63,568 nt of DNA, filler included, from Folioceros fuciformis (GCA_049999805.1; 6 parts of 5 records of this genome joined end to end with filler, not necessarily neighbours in it), one strand, 5' to 3'. Counted from the first letter of the whole stretch, positions 35,201 through 48,989 are shown. Notes: generated from the letters alone by a model not told the origin. Numbers and translations: made by a program.

Positions 35201-38200
35201 TTCAATGATGGAGTCCTTCGAAAATCGTGTGAATCAGGTGAGAAATTGATATATTTTCGAACAATGTCTCATGTCTGAACACGGTTGTGTTGTTCGTGAG
35301 CACTAATCGAACACGCTGTTTTGCAGGTGCTCAATAAGGCTCGTGATGAAGCTGGTAATAGTGCTCAGCGTAGCTTGTCCGAGAGCAATAACGTCAAAGC
35401 TATGGTGACAGCAGGTTCAAAGGGTTCCTTCATTAACATATCTCAAATGATTGCCTGTGTGGGGCAACAAAATGTTGAAGGAAAGCGGATACCATACGGA
35501 TTTGTGGACAGGACCCTTCCACACTTCACAAAGGACGACTATGGTCCAGAGAGTCGCGGCTTTGTTGAGAATTCGTACTTGAGAGGGCTGACACCCCAGG
35601 AATTCTTTTTCCATGCCATGGGAGGAAGGGAGGGTCTTATTGACACTGCAGTGAAAACATCGGAGACAGGATACATCCAAAGGCGTCTAGTGAAGGCCAT
35701 GGAGGATGTTATGGTGAAGTATGATGGAACAGTGAGGAATTCACTGGGTGATGTCATACAATTTCTGTATGGGGAAGATGGTATGGATTCAGTGTGGATT
35801 GAATCTCAGAAGCTTGACTCTATGAAGATGAAGATGAAAGAGTTTGACAGAGTCTACAAGTTTGAGATGGACAGTGATTCGTGGAACCCTGACTACATGT
35901 CATCAGAGGCTGCAGAAGATATCAAGACAATACCAGAGTTTCGTAATGTCTTTGAAGCTGAAGTTCAAAAACTGTTGACAGACCGAAGGCAGCTTGGATT
36001 GGAGATTGCTCCTTCTGGGGATTCTATGTGGCCACTTCCTGTGAATCTCAAGCGTTTGCTTTGGAATGCCCAAAAGATTTTTAAGGTGGATTTCAAAAAG
36101 CCATCAGATATGCATCCAATGGAAATTGTAGAAGCTGTTGACAAGCTCCAAGAACGGTTGAAGGTGGTTTCAGGGGATGATCCAATCAGCACAGAGGCTC
36201 AGAAGAATTCCACCCTGTTTTTCAATTGCTTGCTAAGGAGCACGCTGGCTAGCAAGCGAGTGTTAAAAGAGTGGAGGTTGACTAAAGAAGCGTTTGAGTG
36301 GGTTATTGGAGAGATCGAAGCACGTTTTCTGCAGTCGCTGGTTGCTCCTGGAGAGATGATTGGTTGTGTTGCTGCTCAGTCGATTGGTGAGCCAGCGACA
36401 CAAATGACTCTGAATACTTTTCACTATGCTGGTGTCAGTGCGAAGAATGTTACCCTGGGAGTGCCAAGGTTGAGGGAGATTATAAATGTTGCCAAGAAGA
36501 CCAAGACTCCATCTTTATCTGTCTATTTGAGGCCTGAGGTGAACAAGGAGAAAGAGAAAGCTAAGAATGTGCAGTGTGCTCTCGAGTACACAACTTTGCG
36601 TAGTGTAACACAGGCCACGGAGATCTGGTATGATCCAGACCCAATGAGCACCATAATTGATGAAGACATAGAGTTTGTCCGGTCATACTATGAAATGCCA
36701 GATGAGGATGTGGCACCTGAGAAGATATCGCCATGGCTCCTGAGAGTTCAATTAAACAGGGAGATGATGGTTGACAAGAAACTGAGTATGGCTGATATTG
36801 CAGAGAAGATCAATATAGAGTTTGACGATGATTTGGCCTGCATCTTCAACGATGACAATGCAGAAAAGCTGATTCTACGAATCAGAATAATGAATGATGA
36901 AGCACCCAAGGGTGAAACACCAGAGCGAAGTGAGGATGATGTCTTCCTCAAGAAGATCGAAAGCAACATGCTCACAGAAATGGCTCTCCGTGGCATCCCT
37001 GATATTAGAAAAGTTTTTATAAGGGAGACAAAAAAGAACAAGTTTGATGAAATTCAGGGATTTAAACCAGAAACGGAATGGATGCTGGATACAGAGGGGG
37101 TGAACATGTTGGCGGTTATGTGTCATGAGGATGTTGACTCCACCAGGACCACAAGCAATCATCTCATTGAGGTGATTGAAGTACTTGGCATTGAGGCAGT
37201 ACGGCAAGCTCTGTTGAAAGAGCTTAGAGACGTTATATCTTTTGATGGATCTTACGTCAACTACCGGCACTTGGCTATATTGTGTGACATAATGACTTAC
37301 CGTGGCCATCTTATGGCAATCACAAGGCATGGTATCAACCGCAACGATACAGGTCCGATGATGCGATGTTCTTTTGAGGAGACAGTGGACATTCTGCTGG
37401 ATGCTGCAGTTTATGCTGAGTCTGACCAGCTCAGGGGCGTGACAGAAAATATTATGCTTGGGCAGTTAGCACCCATTGGGACAGGTGATTTTGGTCTACT
37501 GCTCAAGGAGAACATGTTGCAGCATGCCATAGAGTTGCAACTGCCAAGCTACCTGGAGGGTCTAGAGTTTGGCATGACTCCTGCACGGTCGCCAATGATC
37601 GGCACACCTCACCATGATATCACGATGTCCCCAAGTTATCTCCTGAGTCCCGGCATTCGGTCCTCACCCCACTCTGATGCTCAGTTTTCACCTTACGTTT
37701 CTGGCATGCAGTTCTCCCCTCAGAGCCCTGGATACAGTCCAGCTTCCCCTGGCTACAGTCCGACCTCCCCTGGATATAGTCCTACTTCTCCTGGTTACAG
37801 TCCCACTTCACCGGGCTACAGTCCCACATCTCCTGGTTATAGCCCTACCTCCCCTTCGTATAGTCCCACTTCTCCTTCGTACAGTCCCACTTCTCCTACG
37901 TACAGCCCCACTTCCCCATCTTACAGTCCTACATCCCCGCGGTACAGTCCAACCTCTCCAGCCTATTCTCCAACAAGCCCATCTTACTCCCCAACCTCCC
38001 CGAGTTACAGTCCCACATCACCGAGTTATAGTCCAAGTTCTCCTGCGTACAGTCCGACCTCTCCAAGTTACAGCCCAACCTCTCCAGCTTACAGTCCTAC
38101 ATCACCGACTTACAGTCCAACCTCTCCAGCTTACAGTTACAGTCCAACTTCTCCTGGCTACAGTCCAACTTCACCAAGCTACAGTCCAACATCACCTGGC

Positions 38201-38869
38201 TACAGTCCTGCTTCCCCCGTCTACTCTCCAAGCAGTCCCAGATATTCGCCTTCAAGCCCAGCGTATAGTCCCACGTCACCAAGTTACAGGTAATGTATCG
38301 CCAAGCAGCATTGTTAAGTGGTTGTTTATCACATGTGGAATCGTCACGGTAATCCAGTAAGCTCCGTGGGTCACGTGCTGAATATTATGTTACTGTGTGC
38401 AGTCCGACGTCTCCATCATATTCTCCAACATCTCCCTCTTACTCACCCACCAGCCCTTCTTACAGCCCGGCTGCTCCATCTCTGACCCCTACCAGGTATG
38501 CGCACCTTCGGATTTACTTTCACTTTTGCTTTGTGCTTCTGCTCTCCGTTTAAGGCATGTCCTGTGTGATCGTTGTAAGCGGGAAACCTTTCTTTTGTGC
38601 AGTCCCTCGTACTCGCCATCCACACTTGGTTACAGCCCGACAGCGCAACATCCGTACAGGTATTACTCAGGGTTCACACAGTTTTCAGCTTGAATGTGCG
38701 GTTCTTTGTGTGCTCTGTCAAGATAACGTGAATTTCTAACTTCTGTCTCGTTGGAAATTACAGCCCTACTACGGGAGGATACTCACCGTCAACCCCAAAT
38801 TCTGGATATTCACCATCCTCTAATCAGTTCACACCGACGTATGGAAAAGATGACAAGGCCAATCCCTGA
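32241..38869 (+). CDS. NRPB1: DNA-directed RNA polymerase II largest subunit (multi-exon)
   Basis: Starts [28 protein letters not shown] zinc site, NADFDGD active site, ~35 YSPTSPS-type heptads. Last exons 38403-38495, 38603-38659, 38764-38869. Confidence 0.98.
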
Positions 38870-40514
38870 GCTTTCTTCTAGAGAAGGGCTGGTTGGTTCG
38901 CGATTTTGTACCATATGATTATAGTGCTTCTGCGAGCTCCATAGAGGCTCTGAAAGTGCCGTTGTCGGGCAATGGTACTCATCTCTTGTCATCGGCGACA
39001 AGAATTGAGTTAGAATGTAAAAAATGGTGGCAGGTGTGGCTAGATTTTTTTTAAATCTCCGTCGAAGGAGTTTGTAAATTAGTTCAGGACCGCCTTCCCA
39101 ACGCAGCTCTGAGCAAGCGAAGGCCGAAGGCACCATGGAGCTACGCCGTGCAAGTGGGAGACCACTTTCTTAGATTGAGAATACTCTCAGTGGTCCTTGA
39201 GATGCTCCTAGACTAGGTCTTGACGAACTTGCTCTGCTAGCTCCTCACGAGCTCATAGCAAGCCCCTTCTCAATGAACATTTCTTCTCACTGGGCTGACA
39301 AAGTTGAACTCTCATGCAATTCTTTTTTTTAAGTTATTCCCTATAATTGTAATAAGACTTTGCGCAAACCTTGATAACCTTCCTCATTATTAACATATTT
39401 GGTCCTTCGTCGTATATTAACATGTTTCGTGTTCATATCTCGCATGGTTAATTTACGATCAATGCAATCATGTATTTAATTCTATATGATATGTATGATA
39501 CATAACTTAACTTCTTGCATAATAGAAGATGTGATATATATATCTGGTTTGATATTTCTATTTTTTTATAATATATAATAATATCTTTTTATCAATTATA
39601 TTTATTTATAGAAAATAAATATTAAACTAATACTTTAATTATTATTTATAATTATTATTAATGTAAATAAAAAATCTGATTCACTATACCACTTGAAATT
39701 TAGGTCTTTATTCATATGGTGTACATGGCTCTTTCACCGAAGATGGGTTCCATTTGCTCAATTTGAACAGAAAAATATATATTTTATTTTAGAGGCGGGC
39801 TCCCTTGGTGGAATTGACTCAAATCGAATACAGAAATGTTTTAGAGGCGGGACCCTCAACTGGGTTCTTTCATGTGTGGTTTGCCACTTCAGGAGTCGTG
39901 TAATGTCCGCTCTCTCTCCGATGGGGGTTTTTGTAGTATCTATGTATGTACATGGGAACGTTCAGCGTTGAAGATAAGCGTGGGTCCCGAGGTATGCATC
40001 ACCTCATCTTTCATTCGACACTTGGGCTCCGTGGGAGCTGGATCACCAAGTTCAGTTTCTCGTGCCCCACTGTTGTGGGCTGTCGCCACCTGATCGTGTC
40101 TGGGTCCCGGTTCAGGACACGGAAGCAGCTCCTCGCCTGACACCAATCACCGGGCCCCAACTTCCCGCTCACCGCAGCCTTCCGTCCAGGATGTGAATTT
40201 CGGCCGCTCGGTTTTTGGTGAAGTGGGCCAATAGTAGTACGCTCCTGTGCAAGTTACATTGACAACACCCACCAGGGCTGAGAAGTTGAGCTTGACCTTG
40301 GCAACTTCGAAATGCGACTCGCGAAGTCCAGATCCAGTTCGTTATGTGTGCCCTAGCAGGTGACATTCAAAAGAAGGGACGCGCGGAATGCGCTGGACAA
40401 GCAAGCGGCCGGTGAGGCCAGCTCAGTCCACATGATTTGAACGCTCTCCCTTTTCCGGCATCTCAGCGAGCGGACCAGCTTTGGGCGCAAGGTACATATG
40501 CCTCTCATCCCTAT

Positions 40515-40875
40515 CCCCACCGGATATGGTATGGGTAATTATGAACTTCGTCACCTTGGTTATTCCTCCCACGTCTCAAAACTGGTATAACGCATCCGGG
40601 AAAATTGACAGTCACTTGAACCTCATCCAACTAGCATTCCGTGATGCATCGTGACCATGCCCTCCATCAATCCACGAGCTCATGACCACCACCGGATATG
40701 GTATGGAGAAACAAAGAAAGTAACAATAAACTTTGTCACCTTCTTTATGCCTGGCACACCTCAAAACGGGTACAGTATAACACAGCCGGAAAAGCTGACT
40801 GTCACTCCAACCGCATCCAACGAACATTCCATGAGCACCAGGACCAGGCCCTCCATCAATCCGCGAGCTCATGCC
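40515..40875. repeat. Diverged tandem duplication (~175-190-bp unit x2)
   Basis: ccaccggatatggtatgg..aactt.gtcacctt..tcaaaac..ccctccatcaatcc.cgagctcatg occurs twice. Confidence 0.8.
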
Positions 40876-42464
40876 TTGCATCAATCTCTCTCTCAAGAGC
40901 ATTTGCAGACAGTGCTTCGTGCACGTTGCAACCATAGTAGGAAACCTCCGATAACAAGTCTAGCATCTCCACCGAACTCTCCATCATGCATCGCTTTGCG
41001 CTGACCGAAGTAAAGGTCAAATGTCCATACATTGAGTTGTTCATCGGCTTCAGTCCAGTCTCATGTGGTGGCCAGATTCCACACAGTTACTCAACAGTGA
41101 CGGCCGGACAAATCCACACCTGCCTGATCATGGCTACACGACTCCATTCCACTTAGTAACAATCGGAACCTTTCGATGGCGCGGCTGCCTTTCCCGAGGC
41201 GCTGCAAGAAAACAACATGAGCGATGGGATCCGACTGTAGGTTAGGACAGCGGAAGCTGCTTTGCGACAAGATGCAATCGCGGAACCACCTCGCAACGGA
41301 CGAACGAGATGCGCAGAATCACAATCTTTACCTCGGCAAGGGCAGTGTAAGCAACAGGCGCATGCACAAGACAGGGAAAACCGATGACGGAGCGGAATAT
41401 GCCGCAGGAATCCGAGAGGATCCGGACCTGGCCCCAGTCGAGCCCGTGGTGGCGGGAGCAACACGAGTACTGAGACGTCTGTGTGAAAGAGTCGCAGTTA
41501 TTTGGAATGCCCGTTCCTTTTACCGCGATAGAATCACTGAGCTCCGAGTGGCGCGCTGGCCTTCTCTGTCCTTTTCCTTTCAGCCGCGTCGCTCGCCACT
41601 CGTATTTCTGGCCTCCATCCTTTTTGGCGCCTTAGCAATCCAGTCCTGCTTGGGGCAGCGGCCGGGTGGCGGGAGTGAGCGTTCGTCGTCAGATCTGTCG
41701 CAGTAGAATGTGCGGTCACTAAATGCTGAAAGAGGCGGCCATTTTAAGCTTGCGCTGCTAGTGTCCTGGTTGCGTTCGGGTGAAAGTTTGTTGTGTCTGT
41801 TATTGAGGTTCGAATTTGTCGTTGCGGGACGGAAGGAAAGCGGGGAGCTTTCGCCTAGCTGAGGCGGGAAAGGGAGGGAAAGTTTGGAGTTTGGCTGGCA
41901 TCGGGAGAGGAACAGGATAAAGTGTCCTCCTTGTTCTGAGAGGAGGCGCCTCCGCCTACCTGGTGCACCATCGTTTCCTCTGGAGGAAGCTTGTTGTGAC
42001 CTGAGAGTGGTGTTACGTATTGGGATTATTTGAATGCATAGAGTGGAATAAGTAGGTAGGAGGAACAAAGGTTGAAGGTCCACTCCATCGGGTTCACATT
42101 CTACAAGCAGGCTTGCCTTGTTGCGCGACGAAGTACGGTCGTGGTCGGTTCCTGTGTTAGGTAACTTCTCGTCGAAGTCGTGCTTTTTGTTTGGATTGAC
42201 GGGCCGGAAGGGAAGGGTTCACCTGTGTGCGAGTAGATAAGGTGGAAATCTGCAGACTTTTTCTGAACTAATGGCTGCGGATCTCAGGTTCGCGAGTCCG
42301 TGACCATGGGTACCTACAGATTGGCAGGCGCCTACGTCCAGGGACGGCTGACCCTGAGATAGGATGAATTGAATCCGAACCGTGGCTGGAGGTTGAGTAT
42401 CAGTGTCGTTGCTACTGGTACTTGGACGCAGGCTCGGGCAGGAGCTTGTCGGTGGTCTGTCTTA

Positions 42465-43896
42465 ATGGCTGGATCTCGGGGCGGACCAGACAGGTCATGT
42501 TCAGTGTCGGTGGCTGGCCAGATGCATATGCAAAGGCAGTCGCTGTTGAAGGCGGAGAGAGCAGCCGTCGGTGCTCTGCCCGCTGTGGTGTCATTGACTG
42601 CCGACCCACGATTGGAGCTTGCGAGAGGGCAACTGGCTGCGACTCGCATTCTAGGGTATAAGACACTTTGCCCCGATGTGGAGGAGGGCTATGACGAATT
42701 GGTGTCTGACGACGAGGCGCAAACGAAACTGGAGCGAAAGCAATCACAGCAGCAGAGACCGAGAAATGCCTGGAAGCGATGGCTGAGGATGAAGTTGGGA
42801 ACCCCAGCTACCAAGCGGCTTATAAGCGGGGCTATAGCTGGTGCCGTGTCTCGTACAGCCGTAGCCCCTGTTGAGACCGTGAGAACGCATTTGATGGTTG
42901 GGACGGGGGCGCACTCTGCTACTGCTGTGTTCACCCAAATTGTGAACGCCGAGGGCTGGAAAGGCTTGTTTCGAGGTAACGGAGTGAACGTGATCCGGGT
43001 TGCTCCGAGCAAAGCGATTGAGGTGAGTTTGTTGTGCATCCCAATTCAGTAGGTGCTAGGGTGTGCGGGGTAGTCTCGTCCGTCCCGCAGTCGTGCAGCA
43101 ATTTGAGAGCAGCGATTAAGGTTTTGTGAAGGATTCTCACCGAGAAGTTGGTCTTGTCCCCGGCAGCTTTTCGCCTACGATACTGTGAAGAATTTTCTGA
43201 CTCCTAAAGACGGGGAGCCGCAAAGGATTCCAATTCCGATCTCTATCCTTGCCGGAGCATCTGCCGGTGTCTGTTCAACCCTTTGTACATATCCCCTAGA
43301 ACTTCTCAAGACGCGACTGACCATTCAAGTGAGCTTCTTTCCAGAACCTAGTGTGTGCATCCAAGTGAGATAATTACCTCTTTCTTGTCTGACGTGGTTG
43401 CTTTCTGGTGGTTCAGCGAGGAGTATATGACAACATGTTCCATGCTCTAGTAAAGATCTGCGAGGAAGAAGGCTTCAAGGAGATGTACAGAGGTCTCACT
43501 CCGAGCTTGATTGGTGTAATTCCATACGCAGCGATAAATTATTGTGCTTATGACACTTTGCGAAAAACTTACAAGAGGGTCACGAAGAAGGATCAGATAG
43601 GGAACCTGGCCACTCTATGCATCGGGTCGTGCTCAGCCGCCATGGCAAGCTCTGCTACCTTCCCCCTTGAAGTGGCCAGAAAACAGATGCAGGTAGGAGC
43701 GCTCGTTGGAAGGGTCAGATACGACAATGTTCTTCACGCCTTAACAACTATTGCAAAGCAAGAAGGAGCTGCAGGGTTATACAGGGGCCTTGCTGCGAGT
43801 TGCATAAAGCTAATGCCAGCCGCTGGCATCTCGTTCATGTGCTACGAAGCCTGTAAAAGGATTCTCATCGAGGAAGAAAATGGTGATGCACAATAA
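42465..43896 (+). CDS. BT1: Mitochondrial-carrier-family adenine nucleotide transporter, Brittle1-like (3 exons)
   Basis: RLISGAIAGAVSRTAVAPVETVRTHLMVG, YPLELLKTRLTIQ, FPLEVARKQMQVGA; exons to 43022, 43167-43328, 43417-43896. Start codon uncertain. Confidence 0.9.
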
Positions 43897-44042
43897 TTAC
43901 AACTTGCGGCGCCTTCCTCTTTTCACTTGGTCAAATCCTGGCCTCAAGACAACGCGTGGCAACCATACAGGAAACGTTTCTACTCAATGTCACCCATATA
44001 ATTTATGCTCTACAACCGGACATTGATCTACAAAAATTGTTG

Positions 44043-47000
44043 TTAGCAGAAAAACATGCAGTTTTGCATACTTTCCACCAGCTTAGGCAGCTCCTGCTGT
44101 CTGCTCGCAGCTCCTCCTGCACGAGAGTGACTCCGGGAGGAGGTTTCAGAGTCCCCTCCAGTTTCCAAGTAACACCGACCGTGAGTAGCAGCCAAATGGG
44201 CGTAATAGGCTGGTGGCACTGCAGGACAAATCCCAGAAGCAGCAAAGATTAGTACATGTTTCAGGACGTTTTCAAAACTCGGTAGGTTACTAGCAGCCAT
44301 TAGCAGCCGACTTGTGAGGTAAAGAACCACTCACCGACAGACACAGCGCTTGTGCACTTAGCATAAGTGTAACATAAAGAATTGCTTAAGTTCTGGATCT
44401 CATCGGCTGTGAAATTATTCTCGTCGTACAGAACGTGGTAATGGGTGGGCCTGGTAGTTCCCTGTTCAGAGCGAGTCAATTCAGAACCAATACTGACATT
44501 TATATACACTGAAGAAAAATGTAAAAATTTGGTAACGTACAATCAGCCCTGCATGGCTACACAGGTAGAAGTCGAAGTTACGTGGATGTACCACGTCTCG
44601 ATCAATGATTGTACCTAAAAAAACCAAGTAGGAATGAGAAAACGTTTGGCGGAAGTGGGAGAGAGAACGTTCCAAATAAATGCACGCAGCAAACCATTTC
44701 CTTAATGATTGCAACCCGCATGGTTCCAGTACATTACCGGGGACAACATTTCCACTTCCCTCCGGGAAGAACCGGGTATGGTGTCGTTTCTGGACGATGA
44801 TCAGCGTTATCTTCGCAGTACACTGAGGTAGCGAGCTGATGGCCTGAAACAGTTCCACGCCGTTCAAGTCAGCCCCAGTAGCCCTCATCAATGGCCAAGA
44901 ATCGTATCTGGGATGGTACAAGCTTAAACCTTCTTGAAAGCAGGCAGCTCCTGCATCAGAACTTGCTCGAACTGTGATTCACTCACTCCATCCCTGCATG
45001 TTAGGGCAACCCAGTTGCTTCAAGATCAGCGCTGGTCCCAGCCAAGGGGATGGCGAAGGACACACGAGGGAGGTACGAAACCTGAAGATGATGATTTGGC
45101 GGGGCTTCGGGTCAGGACATTCGCTCCTGTTGCAAGACTGAAAGAAGCCTACAAGGTGGTCCCTGTATGCGGATACAGGGACAATGTTTGAGGGGCAATG
45201 TTTTTACGTACAGACAGACACCACGTGCTGCAACAACGGGGGACTGACATGTACACCTACCTGACCATGCCGCCGGGGTTGCCATTTTCTTCTTCGTACA
45301 GCCCGTCAATCATCTCGGTCCTAGAAGGCTGGGATCTGATTCTGGCTGCGTACTGGGAAATGCGTGGCCAACCCCTGGATGCTACAACCTGCACAGCCAA
45401 GAAGAGAAGACAAAGAATGCATGAGAGAGAACAGTTGCATACAAGACATGGATGAGCTGCTATGGCAGGGGCACTTACAGCTGCGATGGAAGGTGAATCG
45501 GCATCTCCAGGTGACCCATGGGAGACATCCATGCCGAAAATGATGGTGGGAACACTGGAAACTTTTGGAATACTCTTCTTGTGCTCCAGGCTTAGAAGAG
45601 AATTGTAGCCCCCTAGCTGGAAGAAGCCAAGTCTCTCTGATCAGTTAGAAGAGGAGAGAAACGCACACTGTAATCACACACCTTGAGGATAAAGAGGTAA
45701 CCACCTTGATGTTGATCTTTAAGGACAAATTGGTTAGGTACTGATCCTTCAAAGGCCTTGGGGGCACAATGCACTGCGATATGATCCCTGCTGACGTTTC
45801 AGTGATGCGCTTTATCGGAGCTGCCCAACAACAGAAGACCTTAACGGTCAGACAGTTTCTGCTGCAAACATGCAGAACAATGTTCAAGCAACCATGAACA
45901 TTCATCGAGAGGTAGCACTCACCGTAAAGATCTGAGTTTTTATCCGGGAGAATGCACACAATCAAGCGGGGCTTTGTCTTGCACGAATTCTTCAGTTGCC
46001 CTATCGAATTCTCCACTCGATCTCCTGGAGCCCGGCCTTGCATGTTTGCTTTCTCGCAGATAACTGCCATAGGATCTTGCATGTTCTGCCATCGGCAATC
46101 GGAATCAATTGCAATGACAACGCAACCAAAGCAGAATGAAACCACCAACGCGTCAAGGGACCAGATTCGTACCATTCCTTTCCTATTACAGCATTCCTTC
46201 AGCTGCATGGCGATGCCTTTGGCTTCTGCGTCACGGGTTCTTGACGAGAAACACACGACGGCCCAGTGCCCCACTTCAGCTCCCTTAATCAGATTCTGGA
46301 CAGACACACCCGTGTCAATTTTAATCTTGAGCCCCAGATTCTACCTGAAAACGAACAAAAAGTTCATTGCCGCACAAACCACCTTCTGGTTATAGTTCCA
46401 CCGCCCATTTCGAGGTACTTCCTCCACTTCCCTTCCAAACCGCACCTGCCACAACGAGTCCACCCTGAGAACAGGATCACAAGCTTGCGCACACCACGCC
46501 ATCTCGAAGGAAGTCTGTGTTTTTCTTACAGCTGGTGCATCCAAAACACGGCCCTGAATGACGGCCAGATCCCTATCAACTTGGATGCCAAATGTTTTCA
46601 CCAGATCGTTTTTGTCGTACTCATTGCTTTGCAAAGCCTGGCACAGAATGCAGCTACATCAGCTGGCAAGAAGCAGATTCAATGCCACTTCACCACAGCC
46701 AAACCCAGGAACTGCAGTATCACCTGTTTCACAAGCTTCTTCCTGTCATCCGGCGACTGTCTGGACTGCCCGATATGGTTGGCTCTCTGGCTGCTCGTCA
46801 ACGCCTTCATGTACCGCTGCCCGGGAGTGATGGAGCAAACCTATGGTAAAGCCCAACTTCAGTGCCGACAAGCACCGGAAGTACTGAACTGGATAGGAAT
46901 CTTGAGTGCATGCCACCCATACCTCCAATGGGAGGTAGATGGGCTTCTTCGGGTTGCCGACGTCCAGGGCAGGCAACTGTGGATGTCTGAGGGTGTAGTT

Positions 47001-47934
47001 ATACATCTTCGAAAAGTGGTCCGCAACAGAGATGGCCGGGAGCTCCACAAAGTTGCCATCCGCATCCCTGACTCTCTTAGAAAACCTTCACATCCACACA
47101 ATCCCAGACGAAGGAAAGCAGCCCCGTTCAGCTCGCCAAAAGAGAGCGAAAGAGAGGGAAAGGAAAAAGACTGTCGACAGCGGCCAAACGCACATCAAGT
47201 TCTCGCAGGGCTCCGGACTGAATCCAGCAATCTTGTGCGCCTGCTGCACCTTGCTCTGAGTCGACTCCACCCGGACCCCCTTCAGCAGCCTCCGGGCCTG
47301 CAAAGCACGACCTCCCTCCGTCACCCACGACCGTCCATCCTCAACCCACCTCACCTCACCTCGCCTCACCGCACCGCGAGCATGCAGAAACCCAGAACCT
47401 CACCCTCTGCCAGTCCTCCGGACGAAACGAGCCCACTTTCTTCTTCAGATTGTCCTCCAGAAACTCGATGACCGGCCCCGGCTTGATCACGGTGGTGGTG
47501 GAAGAATCTGTGAGACCGAAAACGCCAAAACGCTCATAAACCAGGCACACCCCAGAACCCCAGCGCGCATTCCAACAACCCACCAAAATTGAGCGTCAGC
47601 CCCGCGAGCGTGGGCCTGAAGCTGACATGGAAGCCGGGCCACGACTGCACTCCGTCGCCCAAGTCCCCGACCTTCCCGAGCGAGGCGTGGAAGTAGCTCT
47701 CGCGCACCAGAAGGTACCCCCTGCGTGCCAGCACGGTGCGACGTCACCCAAGAAAGATCCAACAAGAACCCAAGACCAAAAGGCACAGCAAAGCGACCCA
47801 CTGACCCACCTGGTAGCTGCATGTTCTCGCAACACAATGTCAAGCACCCGCAGCGCATCCTGCGCAGTCTCTGCCACCCGCCCACGCAGAATCTCATCAA
47901 TGGCGCTCATGTTCACTACGGCCGCGTACTCCAC
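44043..47934 (-). CDS. AGO4: Argonaute, AGO4/6/9 clade (multi-exon; N-terminus missing at gap)
   Basis: DUF1785/PAZ/MID/PIWI segments. [14 protein letters not shown] and [28 protein letters not shown] match the AGO4 clade; also [17 protein letters not shown], ends MFFC*. Symbol denotes clade, not proven orthology. Confidence 0.92.
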
Positions 47935-48989
47935 NNNNNNNNNNNNNNNNNNNNNNNNNNNNNNNNNNNNNNNNNNNNTTAATTAATTAANNNNNNNNNN
48001 NNNNNNNNNNNNNNNNNNNNNNNNNNNNNNNNNNGGAACTGGACAGCAGCGAAGGAGAATGGGAGGGGGGAAAGGTCTGGACAAGAGCGTTGTAGCGCTA
48101 GCAGGCAGGAGATGGAGGAAGAAATTGGCAGCGGGGAGATGGGGAAGCGGGACAGCGGGAGCAAGGTAGGAAGACAGATCAGCGAGCATGATCCTGCAGC
48201 CATTCCAACGGTGCGGGGATGAGGATGGGCTGGAGCTGGAAACCGGGGATGGTGAGCAGGTCGCAGCTCCTAATCCTCCTATAGCGGCCTTCACTCCCAG
48301 CACTCGAGGATCCCTCCCCCTACTTGCAATATGGATCCAAAAGAAGAATCGGGACAAAGGGATGGAGAGGGAAGGGGAAGAAGAGGAAGCGGGACAAGAA
48401 GGGAATGGAAGAGGAAGGGGGAAAGGGAGAAAGGGGGAGAGGGATGGGGGCGGCCGCAACCCCTGCCCTAGCTAGGGCACGGCCTCCATAGCCGTTCAAG
48501 CCAGCCAGCCTGACGTTACACTCTGACATACCATACCCCACATATTCCCGTTCCTAGGTTCCTCTTATTATTCTATATTTATATTATTTAATATAATTCA
48601 ATATTATTTAATCATTTAATATTTTATATCTTTAATTAATATTAAACTAATCACAGATCTAGACTCAACCTTTCCCGACCCTATGGTTCAGTACCGGACC
48701 TAAACCTTCCCAGGTCTGGGACCAAACCTATACCCACTCTTATAACCAAACCAACTACTTCCTAGTCAATTAACCTAATTAGCACAAAGAAAAATAGGAA
48801 AAATGACCAGAAAATAAAAGAAAATTAGGGAAAATAAGTAGAAAAAGAAAACCAGACCATACCACTATTAACCCTTTTTCAATTAAAACAAACTACTACC
48901 CCAAACTTTGGAGGTTCATAGGCTGATCAGGAGATAGCAGTGGTGGAGATCAAAGAGTGAACAGTTGTTTAGCTAACCCGTGGCCGTGG

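Noticed and set aside
46266-47471. 401-aa plus-strand ORF
   Set aside because: Antisense shadow of GC-rich AGO exons and introns; non-ATG start; no domain features.
32241-47934. NRPB1 near an AGO4-clade gene as an RdDM gene cluster
   Set aside because: The polymerase is canonical Pol II with a heptad CTD, not Pol IV/V; an unrelated carrier gene lies between; proximity alone is not evidence.
48035-48480. CT-rich minus-strand stretch as the AGO 5' end
   Set aside because: Lies across an artificial linker and encodes no AGO N-domain sequence.
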